From the NCBI GenBank assembly GCA_030614005.1, contig JAUWKS010000011.1, positions 34,498 through 66,497 on the forward strand: a DNA stretch of 32,000 nt. Direction: 5' to 3'. Of the stretch, positions 26,372-32,000 are shown piece after piece. How positions within the stretch are numbered: the first letter of the stretch is position 1; the number at the start of each line of letters is the position of its first letter. The translations under genes were made by a program, and so were the position numbers. A model generated the notes under the pieces. It had not been told where the DNA came from and made no database searches. It saw only the letters and a program-made list of their open reading frames with translations. The DNA is from Candidatus Heimdallarchaeota archaeon. Lineage in GTDB: Archaea > Asgardarchaeota > Heimdallarchaeia > JABLTI01.

Positions 26372-26588
26372 TTACAGTCTTCCTTAATCTTCTCACAATA
26401 TTCTCTTTTAAAGGCATTTTATAATCCTTTAGGTTTGTAAAAGTATTCAAATACGTTTTTCACTAAAAAATAGATATATTTATTTCTAAAAGAAAGAAGA
26501 ATAAATATAGTATAAGACCTTCTTATATTATACACTTTAGTAGTTAATAAGTTCAAAACTATTTCACTAAAATTTGAGAGATGAAAAA

Positions 26589-29147
26589 ATGAACAAGAGA
26601 AAACTTGGATTTATGTTTCTAGTGTTATTCGTCTTTACTCTTGTTTTGAGTTCTCAAATTAGTTCTCCAGCTTTGTGTTTAATAGACAATCAGTTAGTAA
26701 CTAAAATTACTAGTATTCAACCTGGAAATTATGATATAGTCACTGATGACGTAGAGATTGGCTTTATGGAATATGGTGCATATGATGGATCTGGCGGAAG
26801 TTCAGCAGGTGTAGCAATTGGTGGTGAAATTGTCTACGTTGCAAATGGAAATCAGGGACTAGAAATTATCAACATCTCGAATCCAACCAAGCCTAGAAAA
26901 ATCGCTAATATTTTAACACAAGGTGATGCTGTAGATGTTTTAATCTACGGAACTATGGCTTATGTGTCTCAAAAATTCTATGGTGTTGCGTTAATTAACA
27001 TCTCAAATCCTGCTACTCCAGTTCTGAAAAGTACAATAACGCCTGGTGGAGATGCACTAGAAGTATCCATTCATGCAAATATTCTCCGGATTGCAACAGC
27101 AAATAATGGGTTAAATCTGTATGAAGTCAGTAATCCTTCTAACCCTCTGTTTATTAGTAGATGGAAAGGTAATAATGAATTATCAGGTAGTTCAGTAATA
27201 ACAAAATACAATTGTTTAGCTGCTAAAGAGGGTGGGCTTGAAATTGTTGATCAAACATTTCCTGCTGATCCATATTTGGTGGGTTCATGGAATGATTCTT
27301 CTGGAATAGCTTTTGGTGTAGATTCGATTGCAATTGACGATTGTAAATATGCTTTTTTGGCTTATGGTTTAGGTGGTCTGATAATACTAAATTTTACAAA
27401 CCCGAAAACACCTGAAAAAATAGCAGAGTATACATTTAGTAATGTAATAGATGTCACTGTTGTAGATTCATATGCTTTCTTAAGTTGTAAAAATTATGGA
27501 TTAGTAATATTAGATATTTCTGACCTGGAAAATCCCGTTGAATTAAGTGTTTACGATACTCCTGGTTTTTGCTTAGATGCAGCAAGAAGTGGAGATATTG
27601 CAGTAATTGCTGATGAGGAAGATGGAATCCAAATATTAAGCATTTCAACTCCAGCAAATCCAATAATGCTTTCACAATTTCTCGGTTTTGGTAAAGCAAC
27701 AAGAGTAGTAATTCGAGATGAGTTAGCTTATATTGTTGATTATTACAAAGGATTAGAAATCTATGATATTTCTGACCCCTCAGAACCTTACAAAATAGGT
27801 TACTTTGATAACAATAACGATGATGAGATCTACGCCTTCGATTTAACCTTAAGTGGAGATATCGCGATTATTTCAGCATATGAGGATGGCGTACTTTTTG
27901 TAAATATAGCTGACCCTGAAAATCCATTTTTAGTAAATTCCTATTATGATGGCAGTAGAGTTCATTGTACAGCAATAAATGAAGACATTGTATTTGTTGC
28001 TGGTTTGAATAGAACAGTAGTTGCACTCAATGTCAGCGATATAGCAAATTTATCTGTAGAAGGAACCTATGATTTTCCAATCCCATACCCATATGTATAC
28101 AGCTTGTTATACGAAGATGATATTCTATATGCAGGAACAACTTTTCTTGGATTATACAGTTTGAATGTTTCTGATGTTTCTGCTATTACAAAAATTGATG
28201 ATATTGCAAGCACCCACCAAATTCGAGATATTTATAAAAAAGATAATCTCTTGTTCGCAGCAGTAGGAGGTAATGGTTTCAAAATCTATAATACTTCAGG
28301 TACAGAATTAGCACTGATAGCTGAAATGGATACAGAAGGATATGCGTATGAGATTTCATTATTTGGAAATATGCTATTTGTTGCAGATGGATATTATGGT
28401 CTGAAGGTTTTCAATGTAAGTGATCTCCAAAACCCAATATTTGCTGGGAAATATACCAAACATAGCTTCTATGGCGTGAAGCATTTTGATCAATATATTA
28501 TTGGAGGCATAGGTTTTGATGGCGTATTAATTCTTGCTTTAGATTCCGATCGAGACTCAATTTCAGATATCGATGAAATCAACATTTATGGAACCAACCC
28601 CTATAATTCAGATACCGATTCGGATGGAGCATCTGACGATTTCGAAATACTCTATGGACTGGATCCACTTGATCCAACAGATGGAAGTCAAGACCCTGAT
28701 CAAGATGGATTAACCAATGCGGAAGAGAGTGAGCTATTGACTAATCCTTTTGAAGAAGATACAGACCAAGATGGAATGCCCGATGGTTTTGAAGCTGAAA
28801 ATCGTTTGGATCCTTTATTTGATGATAGCCAAGAAGACATAGATAATGATCATCTATCAAATTATGAGGAATATCTTATTGGTACAGATCCCAGAGATGA
28901 TGATACCGATCGAGATGATTTTGAAGATGGCTTAGAAGTTATTTATGGCACAGATCCACTAAATGAAAAAGACAATCCGTATACTAGGAAAATAAAACGA
29001 CTAATAGCTACTTCATCAATTGGCATTGTATTAATTGCTACTGGAATATTCTTCATTGTTAAAACTGCAAAGAAGAGAATTGCTCGAAACAGAGAACGTG
29101 AACAACAATTATTACAAGAGGAACAAGAAAAAGTACTCATTTTTTAA
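26589..29147 (+). CDS. Cell-surface protein: LVIVD beta-propeller repeats, Ca-binding TSP3-like repeats and C-terminal TM anchor
   Basis: Signal peptide from ATG 26589; 14 GL-x-I-x-[DN]-I-S-[DN]-P type repeats; 6 DxDxDG-like repeats; TM helix, basic stretch and charged coiled tail. Confidence 0.88.
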   Translation: MNKRKLGFMFLVLFVFTLVLSSQISSPALCLIDNQLVTKITSIQPGNYDIVTDDVEIGFMEYGAYDGSGGSSAGVAIGGEIVYVANGNQGLEIINISNPTKPRKIANILTQGDAVDVLIYGTMAYVSQKFYGVALINISNPATPVLKSTITPGGDALEVSIHANILRIATANNGLNLYEVSNPSNPLFISRWKGNNELSGSSVITKYNCLAAKEGGLEIVDQTFPADPYLVGSWNDSSGIAFGVDSIAIDDCKYAFLAYGLGGLIILNFTNPKTPEKIAEYTFSNVIDVTVVDSYAFLSCKNYGLVILDISDLENPVELSVYDTPGFCLDAARSGDIAVIADEEDGIQILSISTPANPIMLSQFLGFGKATRVVIRDELAYIVDYYKGLEIYDISDPSEPYKIGYFDNNNDDEIYAFDLTLSGDIAIISAYEDGVLFVNIADPENPFLVNSYYDGSRVHCTAINEDIVFVAGLNRTVVALNVSDIANLSVEGTYDFPIPYPYVYSLLYEDDILYAGTTFLGLYSLNVSDVSAITKIDDIASTHQIRDIYKKDNLLFAAVGGNGFKIYNTSGTELALIAEMDTEGYAYEISLFGNMLFVADGYYGLKVFNVSDLQNPIFAGKYTKHSFYGVKHFDQYIIGGIGFDGVLILALDSDRDSISDIDEINIYGTNPYNSDTDSDGASDDFEILYGLDPLDPTDGSQDPDQDGLTNAEESELLTNPFEEDTDQDGMPDGFEAENRLDPLFDDSQEDIDNDHLSNYEEYLIGTDPRDDDTDRDDFEDGLEVIYGTDPLNEKDNPYTRKIKRLIATSSIGIVLIATGIFFIVKTAKKRIARNREREQQLLQEEQEKVLIF

Positions 29148-29306
29148 TCTAATTGAGAAAATTAATTGTTAATTAGAATGCTTTTTGAATAAGAAGGTTA
29201 TCTAATATAATTACTTGACATTCGTTTCAATTGCCATAATTGAAACGTTTTTATCACAGAAAATAGTAAAATAAAATAGTATAGATTTTATAAAAGGTTG
29301 GCGCCT

Positions 29307-31769
29307 ATGTCCGAAGAAGACTATTATATTGACATCCTTAATAAAGAGGAAGATGATGAAGAACCCCCAAAGAAACAAGAAGAATATTCTTGGGGAAGTG
29401 AAACTCCTCCTGAAAAACAGCCGGATCCAAATGGAAGTGATCCATATCAATCTGACACATATCAATCACAAGAACCTTATCAAACAAGCCAACAAGAAGC
29501 AAAACCACCCCAAGAAGAGTATTATGGGGATAGTTACTACCAAGATTATCAAGTTGAAGGTCGTTCTGGCAGAGAACCACCAAAAGAAGAGCGTCCATGG
29601 TTTTGGATTGGCGTTCTTATTGCAATAGGCGCATCAGTCGTTATAATGCTTATTTTCAACTTTGTTGGCACATCCAGTCATCCCGGTTTAGCTTATCTTG
29701 AAATTGTTTTCTTATTGATTTGTTGCACTCTACCTGGATTGTTTGTTAGAAAGGTTGGTAAAGGTATTCTCGGTGGGATGATGATTTTTGGTTTACAATT
29801 CTTTATACCATTAATTGTCTTTTACGCTGGTGGACAAAATCCTACTTTGTTCTTTTCACCGTACTTAATTTTTCTAAATGCACTTAGTTTAATTATGATG
29901 GGTTTAGATGATGTTTTTGGATTTAGCTTTGTACCAATAGATCAAACATTTATTGATGCATACGACCAATATGCAGGTTGGGCTACTTTCGTTTGGGTAT
30001 TTGATTTACTGATAATGTTTGGAATAATGATTTCACTAGTTATTGCAAGTTCTTGGTTATTCTCCAATTTATTCACTCAAAAAGCAAAGAGCTTTTGGAC
30101 CTGGTGTTTATTACCAGGTCAAGCTATGGTTATAATACTTAATCTTGTGGTCATCCCGTGGCTACTATTGTGTACGTCTAGTGGAATTCAAATTGGTGGT
30201 TCATTAGCAGCTGGCGCAGCTAATGTTGCAGAAATAGCAATGCCATTTGTTGATGGCAATGCAACTGGTTTTGAAAATCTTGATACAGAGGCAATATTGG
30301 CTCAATTGGATCGAGCAGATTACTGGTTTGAAATAGCTCGTAATAATTACGGCGGATTAAATCGACTGCAATTTTTACGTTTAATGAAAGCTGCTTCAAT
30401 GCAATATGGTTTTGTGGTTGATATATTCAATGCAACGATATTTGCCGGTTTCGAGCTTTTACAAGCTCTTGGACCATTAGGACATGGTTTCTTTGATAAT
30501 TCAAATAATTCAGATGTGGAAGTAGATGGCTTCTATTATCAATACAATGAATTTATGGAAGTATATGATACATTCTCAGGAATGTTCAATATGTCTTCAG
30601 GAATGAAACCAAGTGAAACTGAACTCGATGCAGCTGAAGTTCAAGTTGGAGGAATAATCAATGATATTGAGTATTTACTTGATGAATATTTTGATGATAT
30701 ATTTGCCCACATCTTGACAGCTGATGCAATTCTTAGTACTATTGACCCTGAAGATATGCGTGATATCCCAGGAAATGCCCAAGTAGCCGAAGTATTGAAT
30801 CAGGTAGCAGATGGCTTAGATATGGTGATGAACGTAACAGATGAATATCGTGTTCTCGTTCCTCTCTTACTAGATCTGATTGATTCAACTCCTAACCTAC
30901 TTCGTGCAATGTTCAATATGTTAGTAGGAAATGTACGATTAATAATGGGTTATCAATTCATCCAAAGTCAAACATATCTTACAAATGCCTCTGCAGAACT
31001 GAGTTTTGTACAAGCAATATTCACTCCCGCAAGAAGAGTTGAAGTTGAAGAATCATCTACTGCTTTAGGATTCTTTGACTTTGTCAATGATACTCTCTCA
31101 TTGCTTACACCAATTATTGCTGAAGAAGGGTATATCGGTGGTACTGTTGGAAATATCATTAATGCTCTAGATGTATTCCATGATGAAGGAACTAATACAA
31201 CAAAAGATATCTATTCGCCAACAATGGAATATGATCAAGTATTTGCAAATATGAGTTATTCGATTTCAAATAGCACAGCAGGTATTGCTGCAGGAGCAGA
31301 AGCCTCGGCAGTTTTAATTCATATAGGAAATAAAGCTAACAGCTCAGGTTATTCAATAATGAGCGAAGCGGCTACAACATTAGCTGAAACAATCAGTAGT
31401 GCTTTCCAACCCGTAGAATTCGCCTTGGAGATGGATTATATAACCAAAGCCGTAAATGGTACTTTTGCAGCAATATATTATATCTCTAAAGATGATGAGG
31501 TTAATGCTAATTTAGTATTAGCTGAAGCTGAAGCTGAACTCGATGATGGTATCGCACTTGCAGATGCTAATCCAGGTACTCCAATAGCTATATTCAAAGC
31601 GTTCATGGAACCATTCAAAGTAGCCATTGGAAGTATCAAACAAGTCCTAATAGATTATGCTACAATTTTACCCGGATCTCATGGAGCAATAGGTCCTCTA
31701 ATCGGGGATACATTGCTAACGTTGCATGCAAGTATTCATCTGGTTGTTGATGAAGGCTTACCTGCCTAA
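29307..31769 (+). CDS. Large polytopic membrane protein with low-complexity N-terminus and helical, sequon-rich C-terminal domain
   Basis: About 90-aa acidic E/Q/P/Y-rich N-terminus, about 6-7 TM helices, then ~520 aa of amphipathic helices with 12 N-X-S/T sequons. ATG 29307 with upstream AGGT is preferred over TTG 29298. Confidence 0.85.
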   Translation: MSEEDYYIDILNKEEDDEEPPKKQEEYSWGSETPPEKQPDPNGSDPYQSDTYQSQEPYQTSQQEAKPPQEEYYGDSYYQDYQVEGRSGREPPKEERPWFWIGVLIAIGASVVIMLIFNFVGTSSHPGLAYLEIVFLLICCTLPGLFVRKVGKGILGGMMIFGLQFFIPLIVFYAGGQNPTLFFSPYLIFLNALSLIMMGLDDVFGFSFVPIDQTFIDAYDQYAGWATFVWVFDLLIMFGIMISLVIASSWLFSNLFTQKAKSFWTWCLLPGQAMVIILNLVVIPWLLLCTSSGIQIGGSLAAGAANVAEIAMPFVDGNATGFENLDTEAILAQLDRADYWFEIARNNYGGLNRLQFLRLMKAASMQYGFVVDIFNATIFAGFELLQALGPLGHGFFDNSNNSDVEVDGFYYQYNEFMEVYDTFSGMFNMSSGMKPSETELDAAEVQVGGIINDIEYLLDEYFDDIFAHILTADAILSTIDPEDMRDIPGNAQVAEVLNQVADGLDMVMNVTDEYRVLVPLLLDLIDSTPNLLRAMFNMLVGNVRLIMGYQFIQSQTYLTNASAELSFVQAIFTPARRVEVEESSTALGFFDFVNDTLSLLTPIIAEEGYIGGTVGNIINALDVFHDEGTNTTKDIYSPTMEYDQVFANMSYSISNSTAGIAAGAEASAVLIHIGNKANSSGYSIMSEAATTLAETISSAFQPVEFALEMDYITKAVNGTFAAIYYISKDDEVNANLVLAEAEAELDDGIALADANPGTPIAIFKAFMEPFKVAIGSIKQVLIDYATILPGSHGAIGPLIGDTLLTLHASIHLVVDEGLPA

Positions 31770-31780
31770 TAATAAAATAG

Positions 31781-31797
31781 AAGCAAATAATTTGCTT
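31781..31797 (+). terminator. Terminator-like hairpin AAGCAAA-TAA-TTTGCTT plus T-rich tract
   Basis: 7-bp stem 11 nt after the stop codon, followed by about 35 nt of T-rich sequence. Confidence 0.55.
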
Positions 31798-31865
31798 TTA
31801 TTTCTCTTTTATTTTTCTTTTTATTTACAAGCGGAAATTTACTTTTTGTGCTCTAATTGTTTATT

Positions 31866-31993
31866 ATAGACTAGTCATGGTCTATCTTGGTTAACGAGCT
31901 CTAATAAGAGTTAGAGTTAACTTTTGACTTTCTGCGAGTCCGCCCAACTCCCCGAAGGGAGGAACTTTCGTTTGACGTTTGGCTGTATGTCGC
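31866..31993. other. Cluster of hairpins including a GC-rich structured element, possibly truncated by the window edge
   Basis: ATAGAC/GTCTAT, CTCTAA/TTAGAG, GACT/AGTC, CTCCC/GGGAG and AAC/GTT stems. On the minus strand the last two have UUCG and GAAA tetraloops. Confidence 0.45.
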
Positions 31994-32000
31994 TAAAAAA

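Noticed and set aside
2668-31159. Other short ORF-track entries nested in or antisense to long genes (e.g. 2668, 3473, 4296, 5829, 6358, 7671, 9524, 11971, 12790, 16869, 16920, 17304, 18326, 18980, 20965, 25896, 26175, 27454, 28943, 29211, 29329, 29338, 30968)
   Set aside because: They overlap well-supported CDS almost completely and show no recognisable motifs or initiation signals.
31940-31972. Resemblance to RNase P RNA P4 sequence (minus strand GAAAGUUCCUCCC versus archaeal GGAAGUUCCGCCC)
   Set aside because: The downstream sequence on that strand becomes AT-rich within about 40 nt and lacks the rest of the RNA and the complementary 3' P4 strand.
1-32000. Prophage, integrative element or classical defence island
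   Set aside because: No integrase, transposase, capsid, terminase, methyltransferase, nuclease-toxin or att-like repeats were recognised; composition is uniform and housekeeping metabolic genes are interspersed.

Overview
AT-rich, gene-dense archaeal chromosomal window. Archaeal origin rests on an Fae-Hps fusion, an archaeal-type PGK (RVDINSP), GGTGA/GGAGG ribosome-binding sites and TATA-like boxes. An Asgard/Heimdallarchaeia-like lineage is only an inference from gene repertoire and style. About 24 CDS: GH38 alpha-mannosidase, alpha/beta hydrolase, GNAT, stand-alone HAS-barrel HerA-family ATPase, two paralogous Cys-rich single-pass membrane proteins plus a DUF2085-like membrane protein, PolX-PHP, DUF202, Fae-Hps, GDPD, two tandem bactofilin-like beta-helix proteins with a duplicated promoter, a secreted SOR-like His/Cys protein, a membrane-anchored HEAT protein, two tandem DUF4139-like proteins, a divergent PGK, CitC and CitG without citrate lyase subunits, an LVIVD/TSP3-like surface protein and a large sequon-rich polytopic membrane protein. 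No rRNA, tRNA, CRISPR array or transposase is recognisable. The most unusual signals are: a ~155-nt multi-branch structured RNA candidate with an internal alternative pairing (11060-11215); the Cys-rich membrane protein/DUF2085-like/HerA cluster; the co-regulated, charge-asymmetric bactofilin-like pair; orphan citC/citG; a second GC-rich structured element at the right edge; and an unannotated 29-aa ORF with its own SD and operator-like repeats. All family assignments are from motif recognition by eye; no searches were run.
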